A stretch of 64,000 bases of DNA from the human T2T-CHM13v2.0 reference genome, Homo sapiens (GCF_009914755.1 NC_060929.1), one strand, 5' to 3'. Positions 15,104 to 28,764 are shown, numbered from the stretch's first letter. A program made the numbers and translations. Notes: generated from the sequence alone by a model not told the origin.

Positions 15104-17390
15104 TGATATGGTTTGGCTGTGTCCCCACCCAAATCTCATCTTGAATTCTCAGATGTGGGATGGACCTGGTGAAAGGTAACTGAATCATGGGGAGTGGTCT
15201 TTCTTGTGTTTTTCTCATGACAGTGAATAAGTCTCACAAGATCTGATTGATTTATAAGGCAGAGATTCCCTGCACAAGCTCAATCTCTCTCTTTGCCTGC
15301 TGCCATCCATGTAAGAAGTGACTTGCTCCTCCTTGCCTTCCACCATGACTGTGAGGCTTCTCCAGCCACATGGAGCTCTAAGTCCATTAAAGCTCTTTCT
15401 TTTTTAAATTGCCCATTCTCAGGTATGTTTTTATTGGCAGCGTGAAAACAAACTGATACGGTAAATTGGTAACAGTAGAGTGAGACACTGCTGAAAAGCT
15501 ACCCAAAAATGTGGAAGTGACTTCAGAAGTGGACAATTGACAGAGGTTGGAACAGATTGGAGGGCTCAGAAGAAGACAGGAAAATGTGGGAAGTCCCTAA
15601 AGACTTGTTGAATGGCTTTGCCCTAATGCTGATAGGGATACGGAGCATAAAGTCCAGGCTGAGGTGGTCTCAGATGGAAATGAGGAACATTTTGATAACT
15701 GGAGCAAAGGGGATGGGACTCTTGTTATGTTTTAGCAACAAGACTGGCGGCATTTTGCCCCTGCCCTAGAGATTTGTGAAACTTTGAACTTGAGAGAGGT
15801 AATTTAGGTTATCTGGCAGAAGAAATTTCTAAGCAGCAAAGCATTCAAGAGGTGACTCAGGTGCTGTTAAAGACATTCCGTTTATAAAGGAAGCAGAGCA
15901 TAGAAGTTCAGAAAATTTGAAGCCAGACAATGAGATAGAAAAGAAAATCCCATTTTCTGAGGAGAAATTCAAGCGGGCTGCAGATATTTGCATAAGTAAT
16001 GAGGAGCCAAATGTTAATCCCCAAGACAATTGGGAAAATGTCTTCAGGGCATGTCAGAAATCTGGGCATCCCCTCCCATCACAGGCCCAGAGGCCTAGGT
16101 AGAAAAAGTAGATTCATGAGCTGGGCCCAGGATCCTGTGCCATGTGGAGCCTAGGTGCTTGGTGCCCAGTGTCCCAGCCGCAGCAGCCATGGCTCAAAGA
16201 GGCCAACATAGACCTCAGACCATGGCTCAGAGGGTACAAGCCTCAAGTCTTGGAGGCTTCCACATGGTGTCCAGCATGTCAGTGCATAGAAGTCAAATAT
16301 TGGGGTTTGGGAACCTCCACCTAGATTTCAGAGGATGTATGGAAAAACCTGGATGTCCAGGCAGAAATTTGCTGCAGAAGTGGGGCCCTTTATGGAGAAC
16401 CTCTCCTTGGGCAGTGCAGAAGGGAAATGTAGGTTTGGCGGTCCCACACAGAGTCCCTACTGGGACACTGCCTAGTGGATCTGTGAGAAGAGGGCCACTG
16501 TCTTCCAGACCCCAGAATGCTATGTACACTGACAGCTTGCACCATGTGCCTGGAAAAGCCACAGACACTCAACACCAGCCTGTGAAAGCAGCTGGGAGGG
16601 AGGCTGTTCCCTGCAAAGCCACAGGGGTGGAGCTGTTCAAGACCATGGGAACCCACCTCTTGCATCAGCATGACCTGAATGTGAGACATAAAGTCAAAGG
16701 ACACCATTTTGTAGCTTTAAGATTTGACTGTCCCGCTGGATTTCGGACTTGCATGGGGCCTGCAACCCCTTTGTCTTGGCCAATTTCTCTCATTTGGAAT
16801 GGCTTTATTTGACCAATGGCCATACTCCCATTGTATTTAGGAAGTAACCAATTTACTTTTGACTTTACAGGCTCATAGACAGAGGAGACTTGCCTTGTCT
16901 CAACTGAGACTTTGGACTGTGGACTTTTGAATTAATGCTCAAATAAGTTAAGACATTGGGAGACTGTTGTGAAGGCATGATTGATTTTGAATTGTGATGA
17001 CATAAGATTTGGGAGAGGCAAGGGGCAGAATAATATGGTTTGGCTGTGTCCCCACCCAAATCTCATCTTGAATTCCCATGTGTTGTGGTAGGGACCCAGT
17101 GGGAGATAATTGAATCATGGGGGAGGGTCTTTCCCATACCGTTCTCATGATAGTGAATAAGTCTCACAAGATCTGATGGCTTTATGTGATGGTGTTTCCC
17201 TGAACAAGCTTTCTCTTTCTCTTTTCCTGCTGCCATTCATGTAAGACATGACTTGCTCCTCCTTGCCTTCTGCTGTAATTGTGAGGCTTCCCCAACCATG
17301 TGGAATTGTAAGTCCATTAAACCTCCTTGTTTTGTAAATTGCCCAGTTTTGGATATGTCTTTATCAGTGGCATGACAGCAGACTAATACA
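15104..17390 (+). mobile_element. Complete THE1 (THE1A/B) MaLR element: 5'LTR 15104-15460, internal 15461-17030, 3'LTR 17031-17390
   Basis: Two LTRs starting t(g/a)atatggtttggctgtgtccccacccaaatctc; internal starts gtaaattggta; polypurine tract gggagaggcaaggggcagaa before the 3'LTR; TSD agctc/aggtc. Confidence 0.96.
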
Positions 17391-17499
17391 AGGTCTTAAA
17401 TCAAATGTCATGCAAACATAAAAATAATAATAAAACAAAAACATAGTTTCACCCAGTATTCCATGCATAAAATGATTTAATATCAGGCAAAAAATAATG

Positions 17500-17830
17500 T
17501 TAATAATGATAGCAGCAACCATGGGCAATAGCAGTTACAGCTTTGCCATATGCAAGCTCTATTCCTAGCACTTTTCTATATTTTTTATTTTTATAGTTAA
17601 AAATTTTGTGGTTACATAGTAGGTGTATGTATTTCTGGGGAACTCATGGGCATAAAGGGTACAAGAATGGTTACAGGAGGCTGGAAAGAGTATTGGGGGC
17701 CCTTATAATTTTCAATAATATCTCATTTGATCCCCACAATCACTCAGGATAATTTTAATCTTTATTTTCCAAGAGAAATTGAGACTTGGGGAAGTTAAAA
17801 ATGTACTGGTTACACACAGGTACATAACCA
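17500..17830 (-). mobile_element. MIR fragment interrupted by a ~125-bp L1MA piece (17575-17700)
   Basis: tctcatttgatccccacaa...gaaattgagactt...gaagttaa MIR core; insert matches two parts of the L1MA 3'UTR at 51440-51870. Confidence 0.6.
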
Positions 17831-18989
17831 AAGTTAGAATTCTAGAGGAAGAACTCTAGTGATTATTATATGCTAAGTACTGGGATAGATACATGGGATA
17901 TACTAAATAAAGGCAAACAACAGATTTGAAGATAAATATTTTTTTCACAATTCCTATTTTACATAGAATAACAGAGAACATAGTTTACTATGTTTTATAA
18001 GAAATACATAGAGCATTAGGATGTAGAGACAGACAATGATAATTTTATACAATTTATTTGTATGAATATGTATGTTTAAATACATTTTAAAATTTTTAGA
18101 ATATGTTTATAACACACATTTTAATTACTTATAAAAATGTACGTTTCCTTAACACCTTATAAAATTACTAAGAACCAATATCTGACATTCTTCATGAAGA
18201 AACAGAGTCACATACACTAAAATTAGCAATTCACAGGATTTTCATTATTCCTCTCATTTTAAAATTCTCTAAATGTTAAATACAATGCAGTCAGAATGTA
18301 AACACAAAATAATAGAGAAAAATAACATTGGATTGAAGGAGAATGGAATATATAATTGAGCCTGCATGGTCACACGGAAAATTCTAAGCATTAAGTAAAG
18401 CCTCTGAGCAATAGTGGGCATGCTTGGGTAGTGTTTATTGTATAGGACTGGAAGTGTGTCTGGAAAAATAGTCTGTTTGTCCAAAAATATGACAAAATGA
18501 ATTTTGGTGAGCAACATATTTCTACCCTAATAGTAATAACACTTTAAAATATTGTATGGGAAAATGTTTTTTTTAAATCTGAAAGTTTAAGAGGAGTCTC
18601 AAAAAAAGAAATGTGCAAGAAAAAACACACACACACACAAAAACTGTACAACTTTGCTTAGAAATTAAAATATAGTTGCAAATATGTGAAAATATATATC
18701 ATTTTCCTTAAAGAAATAATTTAATTTTGAGAAGACTTTTAGTCTTTTCTTCAAAAAGTTATTGGTCAATTTAAGGACATTCCAATAAAATACCTTAGGA
18801 AATTTTAATTAAGTGGTAGAATAATTTTTAGTTCATCTGGAAATATACTAAAAAAATTATACAATTTGCGTATTCATCCAGATGAACTAAAAAATTATAT
18901 AATTTATTATACAATTTGAGTTTTTTTTTAATTTTGATACTTATGTTAATCCAGTTTGACCATTGGGAATTCCATTTATGTTGATTTCT

Positions 18990-19200
18990 GTGATCTTTCG
19001 ACAAGTCCTCGTCATTCTTTGAGCACTTTGGCACTACAAGGTGTTCAAGTTTATCTTATACTTTCCTACTTAGCTCTGGAATCAGTTACTTCTGGTTCTC
19101 TTAAGTGGAAAATGGAACTTAGAAGCCAAGACCTGGGCCTTAGAAAGACTCATTGCTATTGGGATGCCAATGATCCCAGGCAATTTAATGCATGGTGCTA
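18990..19200 (-). mobile_element. Old L1 (L1MC4/5-like) 3' fragment
   Basis: tggcactacaaggtgttcaagtttatcttatacttt...ctggaatcag...gaaaatggaacttagaagccaagacctggg. Confidence 0.55.
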
Positions 19201-19314
19201 AATATATACATGCATGTATTTACGTATGTATACATGAGAGTGTTTGAGCCTACATATACATACATTAACATCCATATTTATGTTTATACCTATATATATT
19301 TTTTGACAGTTTCC

Positions 19315-21032
19315 ATATTTTTTATTTTTTATTATACTGTAACTTCTGTGATACATGTGCAGGACGTGCCGATTTGTTACATAGGTACACACGTGCCATG
19401 GTGGTTTGCTGCACCCATCAACCGGTTGTCTACATTAGGTATTTCTGCTAATGCTTTCTCCCCTTGCCCTGACCCCCAAAAGGCCCCCAGTGTGTGATGT
19501 TCCCCTCCCTGTGCTCATATGTTCTCATTGTTAAACACCCACTTATGAGTGAGAACATGCGGTGTTTGGTTTTCTTTTCCTGTGTTAGTTTGCTGAAAAT
19601 GATGGTTTCCAGCTAAATCTGGGTCCCTGCAAAGGACATGAACTCATTCTTTTTTGTGGCTGCATAGTATTCCATGGTGCATATTTGTCACATTTTCTTT
19701 ATCCAGTCTAACATTGATGGCATTTGGGTTGGTTCCAAGTCTTTGCTATTGTGAATAGTGCTGCAATAAACGTACGTGTGCATGTGTCTTTTTAGTAGAA
19801 TGATTTATAATCCTTTGGGTGTATACCCAGCAATGGGATTTCTGGGTCAAATGGTATTTCTAGCTCTAGATCCTTGAGGAATCGCCACACTCTCTTCCAC
19901 GATGGTTGAGCTAATTACACTCACACCAACAGTGTAAAAGCAACACAGGGAAGCCCATCAGACTAACAGTGGATCTCTCTGCAGAAACCCTGAAAGCCAG
20001 AAGAGAGTGGGGGCCAATATTCAACATTCTTAAAGAAAAGAATTTTCAACCCAGAATTTCATACCTAAGCTTCGTAAGTGAAGAGGAAATAAAATCCTTT
20101 ACAGACAAGCAAATGCTGAGGGATTTTGTTACCACCAGACCTGCCTTACAAGAGCTCCTGAAGGAAGTACTAAATATGAAAAGGAAAAACCGGTACCAGC
20201 CTCTGCAAAAACAAACCAAAATGTAAAGACCATAGACACTATGAAGAAACTGCATCAACTAACGGGCAAAATAACTAGCTAGCATCATAATGACAGGATC
20301 AAATTCACACGTAACAATGTTAACCTTAAATGTAAGCTGGCTAAATGCCCTAATTAAAAGGCACAGACTGGCAAATTGGATATAGAGTCAAGATCCATCA
20401 GTGTGCTGTATTCAGGAGACACATCTCACGTGCAAAGATACACATAGTCTTAAAATAAAGGGATGGAGGAAGATTTACCAGTCAAATGGAAAGCAAAAAA
20501 AAAAAAAAAAAAAAAGGCAGGGGTTGCAATCCTAGTCTCTGATAAAACAGACTTTAAAGCAACAAAGATCAAAAAAGACAAAAGGGCATTACATAATGGT
20601 AAATGGATCATTGCAACAAGAGGAGCTAACTATCCTAAATATATATGCACCAATACAGGAGCACCCAGATTCATAAAGCAAGTTCTTAGAGACCTACAAA
20701 GAGAGGTAGAGGTACAAAGAGGAACTGGTACCATTCCTTCTGAAACTAACTATTCCAAACAATAGAAAAAGAGGGATTCCTCCCTAACTCATTTTATTAG
20801 GTCAGCATCATCCTGATACCAAAATCTGGCAGAGACACCACAGAAAAAGAAAATTTCAGGCCAATATCCCTGATGAACATCAACGTGAAAATCCCCAGTA
20901 AAATACTGGCGGACCAAATCCAGCAGCACATTAAAAGCTTATCCACCATGATCAAGTCACCTTCACCCCTGGGATGCAAGGCTGGTTCAACATATGCAAA
21001 TCAATAAACATAATCCATCACACAAACAGAAC
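19315..21032 (-). mobile_element. L1PA7-like insertion with 5' inversion (minus 19315-19942; inverted plus segment 19943-21032)
   Basis: Antisense L1PA 3' end followed by sense ORF1 C-terminus (DLSAETLKARREWGPIFNILKEKNFQPRISY) and ORF2 pieces. Confidence 0.93.
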
Positions 21033-22319
21033 AGGTCATTTTAGGCAAGGCACTGATGACTTCCCTTGTCTGTAGGCAGAAGATTGCTGGAGGGACAAGA
21101 TTTCATTCTGTGTGAGTTTGAATGGGTGGAGATAGGTCTGATAAACAGGCCAAGCATCTCCTGGTAATATTACCTTCCTGAAGCTTCAGGGAAATTTCTA
21201 TCAGATTCATACTTGGGAACCAATGTTAAAACCAAGAGCAGTTGGTTGATCCTGCAATTTTCCATGCACCTGTGTGGTTCTCTGCACAGACTGCCTGATC
21301 TGCAGAGCTGCATCTGGTACAGAGGTGACATGACTGATGGGCTTCTGTTGCTTAGGAACTAAGTGGCACAAGTCTCCATCTTCCTTCATTGTTATCTGCT
21401 TAATGGTCCTCATGACAGGCTCTTATTTATAATACAATGACAGAAACAAGCTGTGGGAAACATTTGCCCATCACTCCCATCCCCCAACTCTTCCCCACTT
21501 TCCAGTGAAAGTCTCTGGGTCAGAGTGTGCTGAGAGATAAAAAGGTGGGTTAGAGGAAAATATGCTGTAAGGACCTAATGGGATCTCTCATAAACCCCTT
21601 TCTCATTCCAATTTCCAGCTTCCCTGTTTTTTTTAAACAATCAGAGTATTTAAGTCACAAAATGCTAGTTCAACAAAGTTTTGACTGCTGTATGTCAAGA
21701 AAGTACCTGGTTAGTTTCCACATCTAATTATTATGTAATTATGTAAATTATATCATAATTTAAATAATTATTCTCCTTTACCTATGGATGTCTAGACAGG
21801 AACACAGAGACAATTTTCTTCTCTTTTGAAGCTCAATATAAATGACACACAGTCGCAACAATGTCTCACTTCCTTTGGGTGTGGGGTAGAAAGTGATGGA
21901 GGCAGTTTATTGAACTCTTACCACATAGCATAGAATAAATTCTTTGCAAACAAGTTTGGGCTGATTTCACTATTGCCACTTCATTATTATTCCGTATTTA
22001 TGTTTATTTCTATTTTAGCCAGAGGTCATTTCATCAGCCCACCACTAGTTAGTCTATACAACACCTTTATATACATTTCAAATATATATATGTAAAATTT
22101 TCCCGGTGGAGGTGCAGAGTTCATGGCCTCCCCCAGTGGTAGTACCAAGTCCTATAGCACAGAGCCCAAATTCAGTTCCCAAATTGCTTGGTTAAATTCA
22201 CTCAGGTCAAGTACAAACTTTAGAAAGGCTTTGGTGGCTGTGACTATAGCTACAAAACATACAGCTCCACTAAATTTTCAAATTTAAAAAATTAATAAAA
22301 TTATAATGTAATTTTTTAA

Positions 22320-22450
22320 AAATATATATATTTATTGTGTACAAATGGTTCAAAATATGTATGCAGTGTGGAATGGCTAAATTGAGCTAATGAAAATACA
22401 CATTACCTCACATTATATATATTTTTGTTGTGGGAACACTTAAAATTGCA
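22320..22450 (-). mobile_element. L1MA 3' end fragment
   Basis: gtgtggaatggctaaattgagctaat...cattacctcaca...tttgttgtgggaacacttaaaat. Confidence 0.7.
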
Positions 22451-24233
22451 TAAAATCTCTAAATGCAACTTTATAATAATTAATTTAATCCATACATTTA
22501 TACTTGATATTCCTTTCCATATATACATTATATTTTACAATACAATGTGCAAATATTAAATATATACACATTAAGATACTCTGGATCTGTTTGTCTTTCT
22601 TCTACCTTTTTTTCCCCTCAAAAAGGCATATACATCTGCATAATGATTAAGAAAAAATAAATACCATAGTCGTTTGTTGAGATTTCAGATATGTTATTCA
22701 CGAATTTATATGGTTAGTGACTAAGAGATATCATCATTGATACTGAGGATTTCTAAGTGTAAAGCAACAAAAGAAAATTGAATTAGATATGACAAAGTGT
22801 ATGGAAGTAAGTGTTATTTGAAGCATATCTTTTTAATAAAATCTGAAGGTCACTTCATATAATATTTATTTTGTTCAAACGAAGCACAGTGCTAGAAATG
22901 CATTTGAAAAATAGGCAACATTAATTAGGAAAAAAAGTTAAAACAGACCAAAGTAAGTAAAAAGATAATGAGAAATCGCATAAAAATGAGATACAGGAAT
23001 AAGAGAAACACCTTAAGAGAAATTTAAATGTGAGAAAATAACTATCTCTATCTGTCTCTGTCTTTCTCAAGGCCTAGGTGGTCTCTAGACCATGGCTTTC
23101 TCTGTCTTCATTTAAAAGGAAAAAATACCTTGGCAATTAAAGAACATGGTTTGCTGTTTCCTCATGGGCTCCATTCTGTTGTAAATTTACCTTTCCTGAA
23201 AATCTGAATGGACAGTGTACTCATTCTGGGCTCTATATGACATTGAATTTGTGCCGAGGGCATCTAGTTCTATACCACGTAATTACTCTGTGGATCCGTT
23301 CAGGGTGAGCTGATAGCGAGGGCAAACTCCAGGAAAGAGAAAGAGAAGATTACTGTACAAGCATGCAAAAGCATGATTATTTCTACTATATGCAAAATTA
23401 AGGTGTGCAGAATAATGATACAGTAAACTAAATTAAGCCACTAATAAATTACATGGCAACATAATTACCTTATATATAACAATAAAAGTTTAATATTCTT
23501 GTATATAAATGTTCATATATTAATATTTCTTAATACATAAATGTTCTATAAATCAATGAGAAGGATAACAGACATATAGAAATAACAGAAATATAAAAAA
23601 TGGTCAAAATACTCAAAACAAAATAATCAAATATTTATCTCAAGCTGATAAAGTATATGGCTTCATCAATAATAAAGCCAGTTAATGAAACCAGTGCCAG
23701 TTAAAACACTAGACAATTGCTGCCTAATGATTGACCAGCCTGTGTTGGTGAAGTTATGGATAAACAGAAACTTACATATTTCTAATAGACGTGTGTATTG
23801 TTACTATACTCTAGAGCTATTTTGGCAATATATATGATATATTTGATGAATATTAACATTATTTAAACTATGAATATTATAAATCTATCCAGAGGAAATA
23901 AAAAATACTCTCAAATATTGGCGTGCTCTTTCAGCATGTATTTTGGAAATCATAACCTACCCTATATACAGTTCAACACCTCTGGAATTAATGTAAAAGA
24001 GCTATGTATGAAATGTGTTATGTTGGGGTGTAATACAAGATCAGAGGGCAAAAAATTTTTCAAAAAATTAGGTTGGGGAAACTGGTTATTTAATTTTGAA
24101 ATAAACAGATAAATGCATTTTTGCTTTTTATATCATATAATTTTGAACAGTATCAAAGTTTTAAAAGTAAAATTTAATGTAAAGGTTACATAGAAAACAC
24201 AGAAGGTAATTTTTAAATGAGAATGCTTTTCTA

Positions 24234-24550
24234 GACTGGGTGGGGTGGCTCATGCCTGTAATCCCAGCAATCTGGGAGGCTGAAGCGGGCAGATCACCTA
24301 AGTTCGGGAATCTGAGACCAGCCTGGCTAACATGGTGAAACCCTGTCTCTACTAAAAATACAAGAAAATTAGCCAGGCATGGTGGCACTCATGCCAGTAA
24401 CCCCAGGTACTTAGGAGGCTGAGGCAGAAGAATCGCTTGAACTCAGGAGATGGAGGTTGCAGTAAGCCAAGATCCACGCCACTGAACTCCAGCCTGAGTG
24501 GCAACGGAGCAAGACTCCATCTCAAAAATAAATAAATTAATTAATTAATG
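24234..24550 (+). mobile_element. Alu (AluS)
   Basis: Full dimer; TSD aatgcttt(t/c)cta. Confidence 0.95.
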
Positions 24551-25121
24551 AAAAAGATAATGCTTTCCTAATCAAGGCATAAATCTTATAAGCAAAAAAT
24601 AATGAGATTAAGAAATCTTAATAAAATTAACACTTTTGTTTATTTTATAACTTTAAAATGCCAGGAAAAATATACACATAGCATAAAAATTTTCTTAATA
24701 TTAAACAATTTTAATGATCAATGGGAAAAATTGTAATAAGGCAGAAAATGATGAACTAATTATGTCAACAGATGATACACAGTAAGAAAGCATAAATGAC
24801 AAGCATATAAAAATATATTCTATCTCTTTGGTGATACTGAAAATGCCAAATAAAACAGTAAGATTAAATTTCTCATATATTTCATTAGCGATAGTTAATA
24901 AAGATGATATACACAATGTCAATTGAAGTGTGAGAAAATATTTCTTATAGACTGCTGGCGAGAAGATACTTGTATATCCGGTTCAGATTTAAATTGGGCA
25001 CAGTGAGACTTCTGTCTCCAGCCACTATGGAGTAACTTGAATCAGATTTGTCCTCTTCCTGCAAGCCAAAAGAAAACTGTACAAAACATATAAAACAATT
25101 TTTTGTCAGATCTTGGATATT

Positions 25122-25931
25122 TGTGCAGCATTCTGGTCAATGTTAAAAAAAAATGAGATGATTACCACAAACTGGGTGACATAAAACAACAGTGAATTAT
25201 TCTCTCAGAGTTTTGGAGGCTGTAAGCCCAGGAGCATAAAGAACCCTCCATTGCCTCTTTCTCTCTTTTGTTCCCAGATATTCCTGGTTACTGTTGGTTG
25301 CTGGCTGTCCTTGGCATTCCTTGGCTTGTAGCAGCCTAATTCCAGTTTCTGCCTCCAGCTTCTCTGTGTGTATGTTTGCGTCTCTGTTCGTCCTCTCTTC
25401 ACCTTATGAAGACATTGGTCATATTGAATTTAGGGTCATCTGTTGTCCGATGCAACTGAATCTTACTAATTACTTCTGGAAATACCCTATTTTCAAGTAA
25501 AGCCACACTCTAAGGTTATAGGTTGTTATAGACTGACTGTGTCCTTCCCCTGCCCACCAAATTCATATGTGACTGTATTTGGAGACAGAGCCTTTTTGAG
25601 GTAATTAGGTTAAATTAGCTCATGGGGGTGGGACCTTGATACAATAGGATTAGTGTCCTTTTAAGAACAGACACCAGAGAGCTCAATCACAATATCTCTA
25701 TCTCTTTCTCTCTCTCTCTGTCATTTGAGGATAGAGGAAGAGGCCGTTGTCTACAAGCCAGGAAGAGATTTCTCACTGGAAACCAAGTCAGCAAGCTTCT
25801 TGATCTTAGATTTCCCAGTCTTCTAAACTGTGATAAATAAATTCCTGCTGCAGCATTTTGTTTCAGCAGACTGAGCAGACAAAGACACAGATGGACATAT
25901 TTTTTGGGGGGACACTATTTATCCAATCCAA
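25122..25931 (-). mobile_element. MLT1 (C/D/E-like) LTR split by MLT1A
   Basis: attaccacaaactgggtgacataaaacaacag...ccttggcattccttggcttgtagcag...ggggggacactatt. Confidence 0.75.
25524..25888 (+). mobile_element. MLT1A-like LTR
   Basis: tgttatagactgactgtgt...gtatttggagacagagcctt...gtctacaagccaggaagag...gcagacaaagaca. Confidence 0.82.
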
Positions 25932-26713
25932 ATTGTTTGGCTTTGTATCTAGAGAAGCTTTCACAAACTGGAATGGAGAAGTAAGGGACACATCCAAACA
26001 AAGCACAGTGATTTCTCTGAGCTGAGAGAAAGAGATCAGAACTTAGGGACTCTGGAATGTCTGTTATTCGAGCAACATATTACTGAAAAGGAGAAAGCTA
26101 TGCAGGGAAATTGTTGCAGAAGTCTGCCCAGATGTCTGCTTAATACTTTGGATTTTAAACTTTAAAGTCAGAGAAAAAAAGATACCATAAGGCTGGGGGA
26201 AAAAATTATTAAGGAGATTTAAGATGAAGTATTATCAGTTTGCTTATAGGACTGGGAAACATTCAAGCTCCCAGCAGCCAAAAATGGGAAATGTTTCTAA
26301 ATACCTCTAGCATCTAGTAGAGGCCCTAGAGGAACAACACCTGAGTCATAGGTGCAAATAAGTGTGAAAATAAAATCTAATGTAAGATATAGCCTTACAA
26401 ATATTAAAAACAAGTAAATTAACTGCCCACTAAAACAAAATTTAAACATTTAAAGAGAAAGTTAACAAAATACAGACACTCAATAGCAAGTAATTCACAA
26501 TGTCCAGCAATAGAACTATTTAGTGAATGGAAAAAGAGAGAAGAAGCAGGCAAAGACATTAAAACATCTATTGTAAATATGGTTAAGGATTTAAAAGATA
26601 ACATTAACATAATGAGGTTTGAAACCAAAAGATATAAAAATTAACCAAGTGGAAATTATAGACCTGAAAATTATAGTATCACAAATCAAAAATTCACCAG
26701 ATACATTAGCATA

Positions 26714-27176
26714 TGCTGCAGTTTGAACGTTCCTGACAAAACTGAGGTTGGAATCTTAATTTCCAGTGCAGCAATGTTGGGAGCTGGAACTTTTAAGAGG
26801 TGAGGCCTAATGAGAGGCATTTGGGTTATGGGGTATCCACCCTCATGGGTGGCTTAGTGTCATTCTTGCAGTACTAAGTGAGTTCTTCGTCTCTTGAGAG
26901 TGGACTAGTTATCACTGGAATAGTTTAATTTTTATGAAAGCTGTTTCTTATAAAGCAAGAGCACTCCTCATCTTTGGTCTCTCTTTTCACGTGCCCACTT
27001 ACCTTTCTGCTTCTTGGCCATGCTGTGATGCAGCATGTGGCCCCTACCAGAAGCTCAGCAGATGCCAGTGCTATGCTCTTGGACTTTCCAGTCACTACAA
27101 TCATGAGCTAAATCAATCTCTTTCCTTTACGCAGTCTCAGATATTTAGGTATAGAAACAGACAGCTAATTGATACA
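26714..27176 (+). mobile_element. MST (B/C-like) solo LTR with TSD gcata
   Basis: tg...ca termini, perfect 5-bp TSD gcata, MST body (gaggcctaatgagagg; cagatgccagtgctatgctcttggacttt). Confidence 0.88.
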
Positions 27177-28092
27177 GCATATTAGATAATACAAAGAGAA
27201 AGATCAATTAACTTCAAAACACTCCAATAGAAAATATATAATGTGAAGCTCTGAATAATAATTTTAACTGGCTGAAAAAATAAGGTGTCCTTTGTAACTT
27301 GTAATGTAAAAACAAGCCATCTAAAATGATGTAATTATTAGAGTACCATAAGAAAAATGAAGTTGGGAGATCCATTTGAAAAAAAAAAAGTGTCTGTAGA
27401 TTTCCAGAATTGATGAAATATAACAGGCTGCAAATCCAAAAAGCTTAACAAACCATGGAGCTGGGGCAGGGGAAGTATGAAATTATACAAAGGCACTTTA
27501 TAATTAAATTTCTGAAAAACACTGATTGATAAAGAGAAAAAAATAGCAATCTGAGAAAAAAGATTATAGAATAATGATCAGAGCTACAACTAATTTCTTA
27601 TCCAAAATAATGGGATCTGATGGACATTGGAATGGCATGTTTAAAGCACTGAAATACTCCCATCAACCTAAATTCCTATATCCAACTATAGTACTTTTTA
27701 AAAAAAATAAGGTGCATCAAAGACATTTTAAATGTAATTAGCTTAATTATTTCCCACCATACCAATAGTGGAGGAAATGTTAATGGAAGTCCCTGCTGTA
27801 GAACAATATATGTCATAGGGAAAATTGGATCTACAAACGGACATAAGCACCTCTAAAAATGGGAAATATATGGGTTAATAGTGAAGACTTTTGCTTTCTC
27901 ATGTTCTATTTAAAAGAATGTTTAAAGCAATAATAACAATGCATAGTGGGTTTTTTAAACAACACTGCTATGTCTTGTGAAGATCCTGATTTGAATCCCT
28001 TTGGATAAACACTCAGAAGTGGGATTACTGGATCATATGATAGTTCTATTTTTAGTTTTTCCCATATTGGCTGTACCATTTTACATTTCCAC

Positions 28093-28475
28093 CGTGTTAG
28101 TCCGCTGTCACACTGCTATGAAAAAATACTCAAGCCTGGGTAATTTAGAAAGGAAAGAGGTTTAACTGGCTCACAGTTCTGCATTGCTGGGGTGGCCTCA
28201 GGAAACTTACAATCATGGTGGAAGGCAAAGGAGAGGCAGGTACCTTCTTCACAGGGTGGCAGGATGGAATAAGTGCCATCAGGGGAAATGCCAGATGCTT
28301 ATAAAACCATCAGATCTCGTGAGATGCACCCATTATGAAAACAGCATGGGAAAAACCGTCCCCATTATCCAGTTACCTCCACCTGGTCCCGCCCTTGGCA
28401 TGTGGGGAGTATGGGGATTATGGGAACTACAATTCTAGATGAGATTTTCAGTGGGGACACAGCCAAACCATATCA
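28093..28475 (-). mobile_element. THE1C/D solo LTR with TSD tccac
   Basis: Ends ggggacacagccaaaccatatca; perfect TSD tccac at 28088 and 28476. Confidence 0.93.
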
Positions 28476-28609
28476 TCCACCAAAAGTGGACGAGGATTTC
28501 AATTTCTCCACAGCTTCACCAATACTTGTTTTTACGTAGTTTTTATAATAACCATCCTAATAGAGGTGAGGTGATACATCATTTTCATGTTTTCTTTGTT
28601 TATTTGTGG

Positions 28610-28764
28610 GTTTTTTTTGGCAAAGTTTCACTGTGTCATTTAGGCTGGAGTGCAGTAGTGTAATCATAACTCACTAAAGGATTGAACTCCTGTGTTCAAG
28701 AGATTCTCCCGCCTCAGCCTCCCATGTCTCTGGGATTACAGGCATGAGCCACCATGCTTGGCTC
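28610..28764 (-). mobile_element. FLAM (Alu monomer)
   Basis: Single arm: aggctggagtgcagtagtg...cccgcctcagcctccc...gagccaccatgcttggc. Confidence 0.8.

Noticed and set aside
16144-16812. 222-aa ORF as a host gene
   Set aside because: Lies wholly in THE1 internal sequence; the track start codon is GTG; neighbouring parts of the ancestral ORF are broken
21076-21111. Possible 36-nt plus-strand microexon (tgtag|...tgt|gtgagt)
   Set aside because: Isolated splice-like motifs with no partner exons or recognisable peptide
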